Below, in pieces: positions 1 to 11,351 of a stretch of DNA of 64,000 nt. Position 1 is the stretch's first letter. Each line of letters opens with the position of its first letter. This DNA is from Candidatus Omnitrophota bacterium (lineage in GTDB: Bacteria > Omnitrophota > Gorgyraeia > B26-G9). The notes below the pieces were generated by a model, which had not been told where the DNA came from, did not search any database, and worked only from the letters and a program-made list of their open reading frames with translations. Location of the stretch: assembly GCA_043806135.1 (NCBI GenBank), contig JAZDHG010000016.1, positions 42,110-106,109 on the forward strand, written 5' to 3'. A program made the translations under genes and the position numbers.

Positions 1-1
1 A

Positions 2-436
2 GATAATGGGCCTCTTGATATCGATGGCCGGCGCGGCTCAGGCAAATATGTTTATGATATTGCCGAAGGAGTTTATGCAAAAGACTGCGAAGCCGGTGAT
101 GTTGTATTGATAAGCGATAACGACCAGACCGATGTGATGAAATCATCAGGCAGTTTTGCCAATCGGGTAGCCGGCGTTATTTCGGAAGAGCCGAAGATTT
201 ACATGGGCTCAAACAAACACAAAGTTCCTCTGGCCTTAGCAGGTGTAGTAAAATGTAAAGTAAGCGCTGAAAACGGCAGTATAAAAAAAGGCGATTTGCT
301 GGTTACCTCTTCCTTGCCCGGGCATGCCATGAAAGCCATGCCCTCTGAGGTTAGGTCGGGCATGATTATCGGCAAGGCCATGGAGCCTTTAAAGGAAAAT
401 ACCGGCAAAATTCTTATACTGGTAAATAAACAATAA
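2..436 (+). CDS. 5'-partial protein with peptidase G2/IMC-like C-terminal chaperone domain (paralog 1)
   Basis: Frame is open from the window edge: DGRRGSGKYVYDIAEG...VAGVISEEP...VPLALAGVVKCKVSAENGSIKKGDLLVTS...PGHAMKA...IIGKAME. Same motifs as the next two ORFs. Confidence 0.75.
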   Translation, partial: DNGPLDIDGRRGSGKYVYDIAEGVYAKDCEAGDVVLISDNDQTDVMKSSGSFANRVAGVISEEPKIYMGSNKHKVPLALAGVVKCKVSAENGSIKKGDLLVTSSLPGHAMKAMPSEVRSGMIIGKAMEPLKENTGKILILVNKQ

Positions 437-446
437 AGAAAAAAAA

Positions 447-1259
447 ATGATAAAGAAATTATACGAAAAAATTTTAAAGACCAATAAAGAATATATCCTC
501 CTTTTCGTGATTATTGCTGTTTTGGGGTTTTTGATCTATTCACAAACAGTTGTTTCTCAGACTTCGCAGGATATAACCGTAACAACATTCTACCCTGCGC
601 CGTTCGGACAGTTTAATATAGTAAGCGCCAAGATATTTAAAGATTTCGATAATTCTAGCAGATATGCTGATCCCTCCCATGCCAGCCAGCTGCAGGGGCT
701 GCAGGTAACAAAAGGAATTATTACAGAGACGGTTTCCGGCCCAGGAGGAGGTTATAATTTTAATTTGTCTTCCGGAAACGCTAATTTGCAGGAGGTTTAT
801 GCAACGAGATTTTATCAGGGCGATCTCGGCCCTTATGGTATTGATGCGCAGCGCGGCGGAGGTAAATATATATATGATATTGCAGAAGGGGTTTTACCCT
901 CGGACGGTTGCGAAGCAGGTGACGTGGTTTTAATCAGTGATGATGAAAAGACTGATGTAATAAAATCATCTGTGCGTTTTGATAGCCGTGTGGCAGGAGT
1001 TATTTCTGAAGACCCTAAGATCTATATGGGTTCCGAAAAACAAAAGATCCCGCTGGCTTTAGCCGGAGTGGTCATGTGCAAGGCGACTACAGAAAACGGA
1101 AGCATAAAAAGAGGGGATTTGCTGGTTACCTCTTCCTTGCCCGGACATGCCATGAAGGCCTCTGGGCAGGAAGTCAAACCGGGCATGCTCATCGGAAAAG
1201 CAATGCAGCCTTTGAAAGAGAGTACGGGAAAAATTTATATATTAGTGAATAAAAAGTAA
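447..1259 (+). CDS. Exported protein with TTFYPAPFG motif and G2/IMC-like C-terminal domain (paralog 2)
   Basis: N-terminal hydrophobic segment; DAQRGGGKYIYDIAE followed by the IMC-like domain. Confidence 0.75.
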   Translation: MIKKLYEKILKTNKEYILLFVIIAVLGFLIYSQTVVSQTSQDITVTTFYPAPFGQFNIVSAKIFKDFDNSSRYADPSHASQLQGLQVTKGIITETVSGPGGGYNFNLSSGNANLQEVYATRFYQGDLGPYGIDAQRGGGKYIYDIAEGVLPSDGCEAGDVVLISDDEKTDVIKSSVRFDSRVAGVISEDPKIYMGSEKQKIPLALAGVVMCKATTENGSIKRGDLLVTSSLPGHAMKASGQEVKPGMLIGKAMQPLKESTGKIYILVNKK

Positions 1260-1270
1260 ATAAAAAATAT

Positions 1271-2140
1271 ATGCGAAATTTAAAAATTAAAATTGTTTTT
1301 GTGGTTTATTTATCCTTAAGCTCGGCCTTTGTCCTGTTATTTTCTCCCCGGAGTTTTGCCCAGCAGGGCTCAGCACAATCAGTGGAGGTTTCCGGTTATA
1401 GTTTTAATACCAGTACCGCAAATATGATCGGGGTTGCTTATGGAGTGGTGGTGAGTAAAAGGTTTAATGATGCGGATAATGCCGTCTATTATCTTGACCC
1501 AAGCGGGGATAGTCAGTTTGCATCTCTGCGGGTTTGGGATGGGATACTTTTGGATTACGATTCTAACTCTATTGGTTCTCCGTTTTTATTACGTCATATC
1601 ACAAGCGCTTATCATATTAATTTTAACGATGCAGGGGCTAATCCAGGCTATGCCAGGTTCAATTGGTTAAGAGCTTTTAAATTTCATATGGAAGACGAAG
1701 GTCCCTTGTTCATGGACGCGCAGAGAGGCGGGGGGAAATTGGTTTATGATATTTCCGAGGCAGTGCTTGCTGCTGAAGGAGAACCGGGAGATGTGATGGT
1801 TATCAGCCAGGATGAAGATATAACCGTGGTTAAATCAAAAAAGAAATATGATTTAAAAATAGCCGGAGTGATATCATCAGATCCGAAGATCTATATGGGA
1901 TATTCTCCTGAGCCTGAGAAAGACAGCAGATATAGACCGCTGGCTTTAGCAGGCATTGTACTTTGCAATGTTACTGCCGAAAACGGGGCGATTAAAAAAG
2001 GAGATATCTTAGTCAGTTCGTCCTTGTCCGGACATGCAATGAGAGCAGATCCGGAGAAAATAACTCCGGGCATGATTTTGGGCAGTGCGTTGGGAAGTCT
2101 GGATAAAGGCGAGGGTAAAATATATATTCTTGTAAATTAA
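1271..2140 (+). CDS. Exported protein with G2/IMC-like C-terminal domain (paralog 3)
   Basis: Signal peptide ending SFA-QQ; DAQRGGGKLVYDISE followed by the IMC-like domain. Confidence 0.75.
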   Translation: MRNLKIKIVFVVYLSLSSAFVLLFSPRSFAQQGSAQSVEVSGYSFNTSTANMIGVAYGVVVSKRFNDADNAVYYLDPSGDSQFASLRVWDGILLDYDSNSIGSPFLLRHITSAYHINFNDAGANPGYARFNWLRAFKFHMEDEGPLFMDAQRGGGKLVYDISEAVLAAEGEPGDVMVISQDEDITVVKSKKKYDLKIAGVISSDPKIYMGYSPEPEKDSRYRPLALAGIVLCNVTAENGAIKKGDILVSSSLSGHAMRADPEKITPGMILGSALGSLDKGEGKIYILVN

Positions 2141-2167
2141 TAAAACATTAAATTACGCGCAGACAAA

Positions 2168-2195
2168 AAGGAAGACAGATAACTCTGTCTTCCTT
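2168..2195 (+). terminator. Hairpin after the paralog cluster, probable terminator
   Basis: AAGGAAGACAGA-taac-TCTGTCTTCCTT, a perfect 12-bp stem. Confidence 0.5.
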
Positions 2196-2268
2196 GTTCT
2201 CATCGTCTGTAAATATGTTTGGGCACTTATTGTTGTTTTTAAATCAATATATTTAATATTCGTGAGAG

Positions 2269-3939
2269 GTGATTATGCTGAGAAGTGAAAAAATTAAAAA
2301 TGGCCTGGAGCGTGCGCCGCATCGGGCATTATTGTTCGGAACCGGTCTTTCCCGATCGGATTTAAAAAAACCTTTTATTGCTGTGGCCAGTTCTTATAAT
2401 GATTTTATACCCGGGCATGTGGGCATGCGCGATTTGGAACGTTTTATCGAACGCGGCATTATAAGCCAGGGAGGAGTGCCGTTTTTCTTCGGCGTGCCCG
2501 GGATCTGCGACGGGATTGCCATGGGCCATGAGGGTATGCATTATCCTCTTGCCTCCAGAGAATTGATCGCGGATTCTGTGGAATCAGTAGCCCGCGCGCA
2601 TTGCGTGGATGGGCTGGTTTGTCTTACAAACTGTGATAAGATAACTCCCGGTATGCTCATGGCTATAGCCCGCTTAAATATACCCGCGATTGTAATTACC
2701 GCAGGGCCCATGCTTTCAGGGCGCCTTGGGAAGAAAAAACTGTCTTTTGTCAGAGATACTTTTGAGGCGCTTGCCCAGGCACAGCGCGGGGAAATAACTA
2801 AGGAAGAACTATCCTGCCTAGAAATGGAAGCATGTCCGGGGCAGGGGTCGTGTCAGGGGCTTTATACAGCTAATACCATGGCCTGCTTAACTGAGGCCAT
2901 GGGCATGTCGCTGCCGGGTTGTGCTACCGCTCTTGCGGGAATGGCTAAGAAAAAAAGAATCGCTCAGGCAAGCGGAGAAAGAATTGTACATTTGATCAGA
3001 GAAGATATTACGCCAAGTAAAATTATGAACAAGAAGTCCTTGAAAAATGCGATCATGGTCGATATGGCTTTGGGAGGATCGAGCAATACCGTATTGCATT
3101 TGCTGGCGATAGCTAATGAGTGCAAGGTAAATATCCCGCTTGAGCGCTTTGATGAGATAAGTAAGCAGACGCCGCATATCACCAATTTAAGGCCTGGCGG
3201 CGAATATTTTATGGAAGATCTGGAATACGCAGGCGGTATTCCTGCTGTTTTAAAACGATTGAACAAAAAACTTAATGATAATCTGACTGTTTCAGGGCAG
3301 ATGATAAAACATATTGCTGAGGGTGCGCAGATCTTTGATGAGGATGTTATCAGGCCTCTGGATAAGGCTTATCACAAAGAAGGGGGCATAGCGATCCTGT
3401 ATGGAAACCTGGCTCCTGAGGGTGCGGTTGTCAAGCAGTCTGCGGTAAGCGATAAGATGATGTACTTTAAAGGCAAGGCCAGAGTTTATAACAGCGAAGA
3501 GGCAGTAATGAAGGAAATCCTTGCCGGTAAGGTTAAAAAGGGCACTGTTCTTGTGGTTCGTTATGAGGGGCCTTGCGGCGGTCCGGGCATGAGAGAAATG
3601 CTTGCGCCTACAGCGGCAATTGTGGGCATGGGGCTTGCAGAAGATGTGGCCTTGATCACGGACGGAAGATTTTCCGGAGGGACACGCGGGCCTTGCCTGG
3701 GGCATATATCGCCTGAGGCATCAGCCGGCGGTCCGATAGCCGCAATTAAAAATAATGATCAGATAATAATCGATATACGCAAAAGAAAACTGCATTTGTG
3801 TGTAGATAAGAAGGAGTTGAGGCAGAGGCTGCGGAAAGTTCGTCATCCGCAGCCAAAAGTAACTACTGGATGGCTTGTGCGCTATGCAAAAATGGTTAGT
3901 TCTGCAAGCACAGGAGCTATATTGAAAAGTGATTTTTAA
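2269..3939 (+). CDS. ilvD: Dihydroxy-acid dehydratase
   Basis: [26 protein letters not shown] and ITDGRFSGG motifs. Confidence 0.97.
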   Translation: MIMLRSEKIKNGLERAPHRALLFGTGLSRSDLKKPFIAVASSYNDFIPGHVGMRDLERFIERGIISQGGVPFFFGVPGICDGIAMGHEGMHYPLASRELIADSVESVARAHCVDGLVCLTNCDKITPGMLMAIARLNIPAIVITAGPMLSGRLGKKKLSFVRDTFEALAQAQRGEITKEELSCLEMEACPGQGSCQGLYTANTMACLTEAMGMSLPGCATALAGMAKKKRIAQASGERIVHLIREDITPSKIMNKKSLKNAIMVDMALGGSSNTVLHLLAIANECKVNIPLERFDEISKQTPHITNLRPGGEYFMEDLEYAGGIPAVLKRLNKKLNDNLTVSGQMIKHIAEGAQIFDEDVIRPLDKAYHKEGGIAILYGNLAPEGAVVKQSAVSDKMMYFKGKARVYNSEEAVMKEILAGKVKKGTVLVVRYEGPCGGPGMREMLAPTAAIVGMGLAEDVALITDGRFSGGTRGPCLGHISPEASAGGPIAAIKNNDQIIIDIRKRKLHLCVDKKELRQRLRKVRHPQPKVTTGWLVRYAKMVSSASTGAILKSDF

Positions 3940-4174
3940 AAAAAGGAACACTTTTAATTATTACCTGGAAAGCTTGGCAGAGATTCAGGGTTTACCCTGC
4001 ATCAATATTTAACATTAGGGATTTTTCGGAACAATAGACAATTATGCATAATAAGCTGTGCTTGTGGATTAAAGTAAGCCTGGTATATGGTACGGGGTTT
4101 AATCACAGACAGTCTAGAAAGCTTATCCCGCCAAAAAGCGGCAGGATCTGCTCATTAAAAAAGGAACACTAAAA

Positions 4175-5842
4175 ATGAAGAAAAATGGTGCGCAAATAAT
4201 AGTGGAGTCGTTATTGCAAGAAGGAGTAAGCGTTATTTTTGGTTACCCCGGAGGTTCTGTTTTACCGCTAACCGATGTTCTCTATGATGCACCGATTAAT
4301 TTTGTACTGGTCAGACATGAGCAGGCAGCGGCGCATGCTGCTGACGGATATGCGCGGGCAACAGGTAAAGTAGGCGTTTGCATGGCGACTTCAGGTCCCG
4401 GAGCTACTAATCTTGTAACCGGGCTGGCAACGGCACACATGGATTCTATTCCGATGGTGGCTATTACCGGACAGGTAAAAACACATCTGATCGGTAACGA
4501 TGCGTTTCAGGAAGCAGACATTACCGGTATTACTAGGCCGATCACAAAACATAACTATCTGATTAAAGATATTTCCGAACTTGCCGTTACAATAAAAGAG
4601 GCTTTTCATATTGCTGCAACCGGAAGACCGGGGCCTGTTGTCATAGACGTTCCGGTTGACGTGCAGATGCAGGAGATGGAGTTTTCTTATCCTGAAAAAG
4701 TGTCTCTGCGTTCATATAAACCGACGATTAATCCGCATCCCGGGCAGGTGAAGAAAGCGGCAAAATTGATAGAAAAAAGTAAAAGACCGGTGATTTATGC
4801 CGGGGGAGGCGTGATTATAAGCCAAGCGCATGATCAGCTCTTAGAGCTTGCGTTTAAAATAAAAGCACCGGTAACAACCACCTTGATGGGGCTGGGAGCA
4901 TTTCCTGAGGATAACGAGTTGTCCTTAGGGATGCTGGGAATGCACGGGACGGTTTATGCTAACCTCTCCATTATGGAAAGCGATTTGATCATTGCGGTGG
5001 GAGCACGTTTTGATGACCGCGTTACGGGTAGAATTGATAAGTTCGCGCCTGATGCTAAAGTTATCCATATTGATATTGATCCGACAGCAATCAATAAGAA
5101 TATCCGAGTTGACATCCCGATCGTCTGCGATGCAAAAATCGGATTACAGGCGCTTAATAAAATAGTAAAAAAGCCCAATACCAAAGAATGGCTGAAAAAG
5201 GTATTTGATTGGAAAAAGAAATATCCTTTAAAGTATAAGCTGGGGAAAAAGATCAACCCGCAGTATGTTGTAGAGCAGATATACAAAATCACTAAGGGTG
5301 ATGCGATTATCTGCACTGAGGTCGGACAGAATCAGATGTGGGCGGCGCAATACTATACTTATACAAAGCCGCGCACATGGATCTCTTCCGGCGGTTTAGG
5401 TACAATGGGTTATGGATTTCCTGCGGCTATAGGCGCTAAGATCGGAAGACCGGACAAGCTGGTTTTTGATATTGCCGGCGACGGTTCTATCCAGATGAAT
5501 ATTCAGGAACTGGCTACGGCAGTGGCGAATAAGATTAATGTGAAAATTGCCATTTTGAATAACGGATATCTGGGTATGGTGCGTCAATGGCAGGAATTGT
5601 TTTACAACAGGCGTTATTCAAGCACGCATATTACAGGGCCTGATTTTGTTAAGCTGGCCGAAAGTTATGGGGCTGTGGGTATTCGCGTCAAAGACCCAAA
5701 GGATGTGGCCAAAGCGATAAAACAGGCGATAGCGACCCCGAACGTGGTAATAATGGATTTTATCGTCGAGGAAGAAGAAAACGTGTTTCCGATGGTTCCT
5801 GCCGGAGAGGCGATCAACAGAATGATCGGCGGCATGGCATAA
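4175..5842 (+). CDS. ilvB: Acetolactate synthase large subunit
   Basis: FGYPGG, RHEQ, SGPGATN and the GDGS...NN thiamine-diphosphate motif. Confidence 0.97.
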   Translation: MKKNGAQIIVESLLQEGVSVIFGYPGGSVLPLTDVLYDAPINFVLVRHEQAAAHAADGYARATGKVGVCMATSGPGATNLVTGLATAHMDSIPMVAITGQVKTHLIGNDAFQEADITGITRPITKHNYLIKDISELAVTIKEAFHIAATGRPGPVVIDVPVDVQMQEMEFSYPEKVSLRSYKPTINPHPGQVKKAAKLIEKSKRPVIYAGGGVIISQAHDQLLELAFKIKAPVTTTLMGLGAFPEDNELSLGMLGMHGTVYANLSIMESDLIIAVGARFDDRVTGRIDKFAPDAKVIHIDIDPTAINKNIRVDIPIVCDAKIGLQALNKIVKKPNTKEWLKKVFDWKKKYPLKYKLGKKINPQYVVEQIYKITKGDAIICTEVGQNQMWAAQYYTYTKPRTWISSGGLGTMGYGFPAAIGAKIGRPDKLVFDIAGDGSIQMNIQELATAVANKINVKIAILNNGYLGMVRQWQELFYNRRYSSTHITGPDFVKLAESYGAVGIRVKDPKDVAKAIKQAIATPNVVIMDFIVEEEENVFPMVPAGEAINRMIGGMA

Positions 5843-5850
5843 CTGTAAAA

Positions 5851-6020
5851 AGTAGAGAGTAGCAAGAAGCGAGTAGCGAGAAAATAATAGAATAAAAACA
5901 TGATAAAAAAAATTATAAAACATTAATAGTAATTTTCGGATTATTAAAAATAATTTTATAATTGTAATGTTTAAATGAGAGGGTATAAAAATTTTGTCTT
6001 GCTACTCTCTACTCGCTACT
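5851..6020. repeat. Long inverted repeat built from ~7-mer units, between ilvB and ilvN
   Basis: AGTAGAGAGTAGCAAGA (5851-5867) is the exact reverse complement of 5997-6013. Confidence 0.8.
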
Positions 6021-6039
6021 TATAAATAAGGAGAATAAC

Positions 6040-6513
6040 ATGAAGCATACAATTTATGCATTAGTTGAAAACAAGCCGGGCGTGCTTGCCAGAATTTCAG
6101 GCCTGTTCAGCGCGCGTGGTTTTAATATTGAGTCTTTGGCGGTCGGGGAAACGCATGATCCGACGATGTCCCGGATGACGATGATCGTTGATGCCCAAGA
6201 TGAAAAAATACTGGAGCAGATCAAGAAACAACTGAACAAGCTTATTGATGTTGTTACGGTTGGGGATCTGACAAAGAAAAAATTTATTGAAAGGGAGCTT
6301 GTATTGATTAAGGTCAATACAGCCAATATTTCCAGACAGAAAATAACCGCAATGCTTAATAAATTTTCCGTAAGGATTTTATCTTATGATAAGACTGCGG
6401 CAATTATCGAAGCAACTGAGACAAAGACGCAGATAAAGATGTTGCTGGAAACTCTGGGTAAGCTGGGCATAAAAGAGCTGGTAAGAACGGGAAGAATCGC
6501 TATTGCAGAATAA
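6040..6513 (+). CDS. ilvN: Acetolactate synthase regulatory subunit
   Basis: ACT domain ENKPGVLARISGLFSARGFNIESL; C-terminal ELVRTG. Confidence 0.95.
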   Translation: MKHTIYALVENKPGVLARISGLFSARGFNIESLAVGETHDPTMSRMTMIVDAQDEKILEQIKKQLNKLIDVVTVGDLTKKKFIERELVLIKVNTANISRQKITAMLNKFSVRILSYDKTAAIIEATETKTQIKMLLETLGKLGIKELVRTGRIAIAE

Positions 6514-6675
6514 AGACATCTTATAAATAAAAAGCAGGAGGATGTTTTGATTGCAGAGATTAAGAAATCGATCACAGCGATTTGCTAATAAAAAGTAATC
6601 TTTGTAATCTTTTGATAATCTGTGTAATTAGGCATAATCCATTTCATGAGAGAGGATTATGCCAGGAGAGTTTCT

Positions 6676-7746
6676 ATGCTGGAAATAAAGGAATTGTTAA
6701 AGCTTATTGTCGAAAAAGGGGCATCAGATCTGCATTTAACCGTAGGTATTCCTCCGCAGCTTAGAATAGGCGGGCAGCTTACGTATATAGAAAATACTGA
6801 GGTGCTTACTCCGGAATCGATTCAGAAGCTGGCACATAGTCTTTTGACCGGCGATCAGATTAAATGGTTTGAATTAAAAAAAGAGCTTGATTTTTCCTGC
6901 GGGCTTCCTGAAATAAGCCGTTTTCGTGTGAACTTGTTTTATCAACGGGGATCTATTGCCTTAGCGGCACGCGTGATACCGTTTATTATCCCGACTATAG
7001 AAGAGTTAAAGCTTCCTGATGTGGTCAAGGATTATGCCGATAAACCAAACGGGCTGGTTTTAATAACCGGAGCAACAGGAAGCGGAAAATCAACTACGCA
7101 GGCGGCAATAATAGATTATATTAACAAAAGGCGCAGGGCGCATATTATATCGATAGAAGATCCAATAGAATATCTGCATAGACATAACTTGTGTACGATA
7201 AATCAACGCCAATTAGGTACTGATACACTATCTTTCCAGGAAGCGTTGAAGCATGTGTTGCGGCAGGATCCGGATATTGTTATTATCGGTGAGATGCGGG
7301 ATCTGGAAACAATCCAGGCGGCCTTGACGATTGCCGAAACCGGACATCTGGTCTTTGCGACATTGCATACAGGAAGCGCGGTTAATTCCATAAGCCGTAT
7401 TGTGGATGTTTTTCCGGCGCATCAGCAGCAGCAAATACGCGTGCAGCTTTCACTTGTGCTTTTGGGAGTTCTGGTGCAGCAGCTTATTCCCAACGCAAAG
7501 GGCAAAGGCAGGTCACTGGCAATGGAAGTTATGACGGTAATTACCGGTATCCAGAACCTGATCCGGGAAAATCAGACCCATCAGATCTATTCGCTGATCC
7601 AGACCGGCCGGCGTCACGGAATGTATACGATGAATCAATCGCTGTGTGATCTGATTTTTAGCGGAAAAATAACTTTTGAGGAAGGGCTTAAACATACGCT
7701 AGATGAAGAAGAATTAACTACTTTACTGCAAAAAGCAAAAAAATGA
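6676..7746 (+). CDS. pilT: Type IV pilus retraction ATPase, PilT/PilU family
   Basis: [31 protein letters not shown] and GHLVFATLH motifs. Start taken as the ATG after AGGAG. Confidence 0.9.
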   Translation: MLEIKELLKLIVEKGASDLHLTVGIPPQLRIGGQLTYIENTEVLTPESIQKLAHSLLTGDQIKWFELKKELDFSCGLPEISRFRVNLFYQRGSIALAARVIPFIIPTIEELKLPDVVKDYADKPNGLVLITGATGSGKSTTQAAIIDYINKRRRAHIISIEDPIEYLHRHNLCTINQRQLGTDTLSFQEALKHVLRQDPDIVIIGEMRDLETIQAALTIAETGHLVFATLHTGSAVNSISRIVDVFPAHQQQQIRVQLSLVLLGVLVQQLIPNAKGKGRSLAMEVMTVITGIQNLIRENQTHQIYSLIQTGRRHGMYTMNQSLCDLIFSGKITFEEGLKHTLDEEELTTLLQKAKK

Positions 7747-7762
7747 AAAGAAAGAGAAGGTT

Positions 7763-8764
7763 ATGGTAAAGATATATTATGAAAAAGATGCGGATTTAAA
7801 AATGCTGAAAAACAAGACGATTGGAATCATCGGTTACGGAAGCCAGGGGCATGCCCAGGCGCAGAACCTGCGCGATTCAGGCGTAAAAGTCATTGTATCG
7901 GAAATAAAGGGCACGGCGAACTACAAGCTGGCAAAATCACACGGATTCGATCCGATAAGTGCGGCAGAACTTGTAAAAAAAGCGGATATTATTCAGATCT
8001 TAGTCCCGGATGAGTTCCAGGCTGAGCTTTATAATAATGATATCAAGCCGAATATCGCATCCGGCAAGGCCATAATGTTTTCGCATGGTTTTAATATAAA
8101 CTTTGGACAGATCGTGCCTGAGAAAAATATAGATGTGTTCATGATCGCTCCTAAAGGACCGGGGCATCTTGTAAGGAGCGAATATGAAAAAGGCGGCGGA
8201 GTTCCTTGTCTTGTTGCTATTTTTCAAGATGCATCCGGCAATGCTAAAAAAATTGCACTGGCTTATGGCAAGGGGATAGGCGGTGCGCGCGCCGGGATTA
8301 TTGAAACCACGTTTAAGGAGGAAACAGAGACGGATCTTTTCGGCGAACAGGTTGTTCTGTGCGGCGGCGTTACAGAGCTTGTTAAAAAAGGTTTTGAGAC
8401 ATTGACAGAAGCAGGATATCAGCCGGAGATCGCTTACTTTGAATGCCTGCATGAGCTTAAATTGATCGTGGATCTTTTTTATCAAGGCGGAGTGAATTAT
8501 ATGCGCTATTCTGTTTCTAATACCGCTGAATACGGTGATCTGACCCGCGGCAAGAGGATAGTTACGGATGCTACTAAACGCGAAATGAAAAAGATCCTTA
8601 CCGAAATCCAGGATGGCAGTTTTGCCAAGGAATGGATGGATGAGTGTAAAAACGGGAAAAAGAACTTTAAGAAAATGGAAGAGGAAGGAAAGAATCATCC
8701 GCTTGAGATAGTCGGACGCGATCTGCGCAAGATGATGAAGTGGATTAATGCTAAGGAAGTTTAA
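7763..8764 (+). CDS. ilvC: Ketol-acid reductoisomerase
   Basis: [17 protein letters not shown] and [10 protein letters not shown] motifs. Confidence 0.97.
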   Translation: MVKIYYEKDADLKMLKNKTIGIIGYGSQGHAQAQNLRDSGVKVIVSEIKGTANYKLAKSHGFDPISAAELVKKADIIQILVPDEFQAELYNNDIKPNIASGKAIMFSHGFNINFGQIVPEKNIDVFMIAPKGPGHLVRSEYEKGGGVPCLVAIFQDASGNAKKIALAYGKGIGGARAGIIETTFKEETETDLFGEQVVLCGGVTELVKKGFETLTEAGYQPEIAYFECLHELKLIVDLFYQGGVNYMRYSVSNTAEYGDLTRGKRIVTDATKREMKKILTEIQDGSFAKEWMDECKNGKKNFKKMEEEGKNHPLEIVGRDLRKMMKWINAKEV

Positions 8765-8885
8765 TTAAAAAAATAGTTACTAATGGTTACTAAAGGTTAA
8801 TAAAGGTTTCTAAAGGTGGCAACAAGAAGTAATTAAATTTGGTAACTATTTGTAACTGTTTGTAACCTTTAATGGGTGATAAGTC

Positions 8886-10418
8886 ATGAAGAAGATAAAG
8901 ATATTTGATACAACGCTAAGGGACGGAGAACAGGCTCCGGGAGCCAGTCTGAGCGGTCAGGAGAAACTTGAAGTTGCACATCAGCTGGTGCGTCTTGGCG
9001 TGGATGTGATCGAAGCAGGCTTTCCTATCTCTTCTCCGGGTGATTTTGACTCTGTAAAGCAAATAGCCCGCAAGGTAAAGGGAGCAACTATTTGCGGCCT
9101 GGCAAGGTCATTAAACAAAGATATAGAGGCTGCGGCTATGGCGCTTAAGCCGGCAAAAAGAAAACGTATCCACGTTTTTCTGGCAACATCTAAAATCCAT
9201 ATGAAATATAAACTAAGAAAAGCAGAAAGTGAAATACTCAAGATAGCCGAATCCGCAGTCAAGTATGCGCGAAAATTCTCTGCTGATGTCCAGTTTTCTC
9301 CGGAAGACGCTTCGCGTACAGAAAGAGAGTTTCTTTACCGGGTTATCGAAAGGGTGATCAAGGCAGGAGCAACAACGGTTAATATACCCGATACGGTAGG
9401 GTTTGCCCAGCCCGATGAATTCGGAGGGCTTATCCATGCCATAGTTAATAATGTGCCTAATGTGAACAAGGCGGTTATTGCCGTACATTGTCATAATGAC
9501 CTGGGTCTTGCCGTGGCTAACTCCCTTGCGGCTATCCGCAGCGGGGCAGGTCAGGTTGAGTGCACGATCAACGGCATTGGAGAAAGAGCCGGCAATGCTG
9601 CCTTAGAAGAGATAGTTCTTAGCATGCGCACCCGGAAAGATCATTTTAAAAATATTTACACGGATATTAATACGAAAGAGATCTATAAAACCAGCCGGCT
9701 GGTAAGTAAGCTGACTGGATTTGTAGTTGCGCCTAATAAAGCCATTGTCGGAGGAAATGCTTTCCGGCATGAGTCAGGAATCCATCAGGATGGGATGCTT
9801 AAAAAAAGACAGACTTATGAGATTATCAAACCCGAAGATGTCGGATTTTACGGCGAAGGTCTTGTGCTTGGAAAACATTCAGGCAGGCATGCGCTTTCGA
9901 AGCGGCTTGAACAGATCGGGTTTAAGCTGAATAAAGCCCAGCTGCAAAAGGCATTCATGCGCTTTAAAGAGCTTGCAGATAAGAAGAAAGAGGTTTTTGA
10001 AGAAGATCTTATGTCTATTGTTGAGGAACAGATGAAAGATGTCCCTGAAGTTTGGAGCCTGGTGGGACTAGATTTTTGCGGCGGTATAGGTGTTGAACCT
10101 AAGGCCACACTTTGGCTCAAAAAAAGCAAAAAGATATATAAGAAAACATCAAACGGAGACGGCCCGGTAGATGCCTGCTATAAGGCGATCGAAAAAATAA
10201 CCGGTATTAAAGCAAAACTGCTGGATTATTCCATTAAAGCTATTACCCGCGGTAAAGACGCGTTGGGAGAGGTTAATGTAAAGTTGAAGATAAAGCAGGA
10301 GGAGATCGGAGCGCGTGCGGCAAGCACCGACATTATTGAAGCTTCGGCTAAGGCCTATCTTAACGCTATAAACAGAGTACTGTTTAAAGCTAAAAAGGCT
10401 AATTCAATACGGCTTTAG
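8886..10418 (+). CDS. leuA: 2-isopropylmalate synthase
   Basis: DTTLRDGEQ, HCHNDLG, GIGERAGN motifs and the C-terminal regulatory domain. Confidence 0.95.
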   Translation: MKKIKIFDTTLRDGEQAPGASLSGQEKLEVAHQLVRLGVDVIEAGFPISSPGDFDSVKQIARKVKGATICGLARSLNKDIEAAAMALKPAKRKRIHVFLATSKIHMKYKLRKAESEILKIAESAVKYARKFSADVQFSPEDASRTEREFLYRVIERVIKAGATTVNIPDTVGFAQPDEFGGLIHAIVNNVPNVNKAVIAVHCHNDLGLAVANSLAAIRSGAGQVECTINGIGERAGNAALEEIVLSMRTRKDHFKNIYTDINTKEIYKTSRLVSKLTGFVVAPNKAIVGGNAFRHESGIHQDGMLKKRQTYEIIKPEDVGFYGEGLVLGKHSGRHALSKRLEQIGFKLNKAQLQKAFMRFKELADKKKEVFEEDLMSIVEEQMKDVPEVWSLVGLDFCGGIGVEPKATLWLKKSKKIYKKTSNGDGPVDACYKAIEKITGIKAKLLDYSIKAITRGKDALGEVNVKLKIKQEEIGARAASTDIIEASAKAYLNAINRVLFKAKKANSIRL

Positions 10419-10466
10419 TTGTATTCTGAAATATTGCTTGGTGAAAGAGATTAAAAATAAGAAAAC

Positions 10467-11351
10467 ATGGAACCCAAAAAAAAACAAATATACGGGCTTA
10501 TCGGCTATCCCATCAAGCACAGCTTTTCGGCTGCAATGCACAATGCTGCTTTCACTTATTTGGGGATGAATGCAGCATATAAGCTTTTTGAAATCAATCC
10601 TCAAGAGCTGCAATATTTTTTTCACAGGATCATACCTTTAGAGGACATACATGGGGAAATTTTTTCTTATGATGATCTGCAGGGTTTTAATGTGACTATT
10701 CCGCATAAGGAAATGGTGCTTCAATTCTTAAATGAAATATCCCCTGCTGCTGCGGACATCAAAGCGGTAAATACTGTAAGCGTTCACATTGGCAGCGAAT
10801 TCAAAGGATTTAATACCGATTTTTCCGGATTTTCCCGTCATATAACCGAGCTGGATGTTAATACACATAAAGTTGCTATTATCGGAGCCGGAGGAGCGGC
10901 CAAAGCCGTAGCCTATGCTTTAAAAACAAAAAAAACTAAAGAGATCGCTATCTATGATATTGACAAACAAAAGGCAGAATCATTAACAGAATCTGTGAAT
11001 GCTTGGGATGCGGGATGTATGGCCTACACCGTAGATTCAATTGAAGAATTAAACCTTTATGATAAAACATTGCTGATCAATGCCTCACCTGTTGGGATGG
11101 GAAAAGATGATCCGCTGCTTATTACAGAACAGATGCTGCATAAAGAGCTCTTTGTATATGATCTAATTTATAATCCCGCATATACCAAACTGCTATTGCT
11201 GGCTCAGAATAAGGGATTACGCTGCCGCAATGGCCTGAAAATGCTCTTGTATCAGGGAGTCCTTGCTTTTGAGCACTGGAGCGGCATCGATGCACCGCTG
11301 GAGGTAATGTTTGAGGCGTTAAAAGGAGAGATGAATAAATGCCAGGGATAA
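10467..11351 (+). CDS. aroE: Shikimate dehydrogenase
   Basis: GYPIKHSFS, NVTIPHK, NTD, GAGGAA and DLIYNP motifs. Confidence 0.93.
   Translation: MEPKKKQIYGLIGYPIKHSFSAAMHNAAFTYLGMNAAYKLFEINPQELQYFFHRIIPLEDIHGEIFSYDDLQGFNVTIPHKEMVLQFLNEISPAAADIKAVNTVSVHIGSEFKGFNTDFSGFSRHITELDVNTHKVAIIGAGGAAKAVAYALKTKKTKEIAIYDIDKQKAESLTESVNAWDAGCMAYTVDSIEELNLYDKTLLINASPVGMGKDDPLLITEQMLHKELFVYDLIYNPAYTKLLLLAQNKGLRCRNGLKMLLYQGVLAFEHWSGIDAPLEVMFEALKGEMNKCQG

Noticed and set aside
3940-4174. ilv attenuator or T-box leader
   Set aside because: No convincing leader peptide or T-box consensus; the region matches a dispersed repeat instead.
8000-8698. Long antisense ORFs (for example opposite ilvC, cheW and recJ)
   Set aside because: They are shadows of well-conserved + strand genes and show no motifs.
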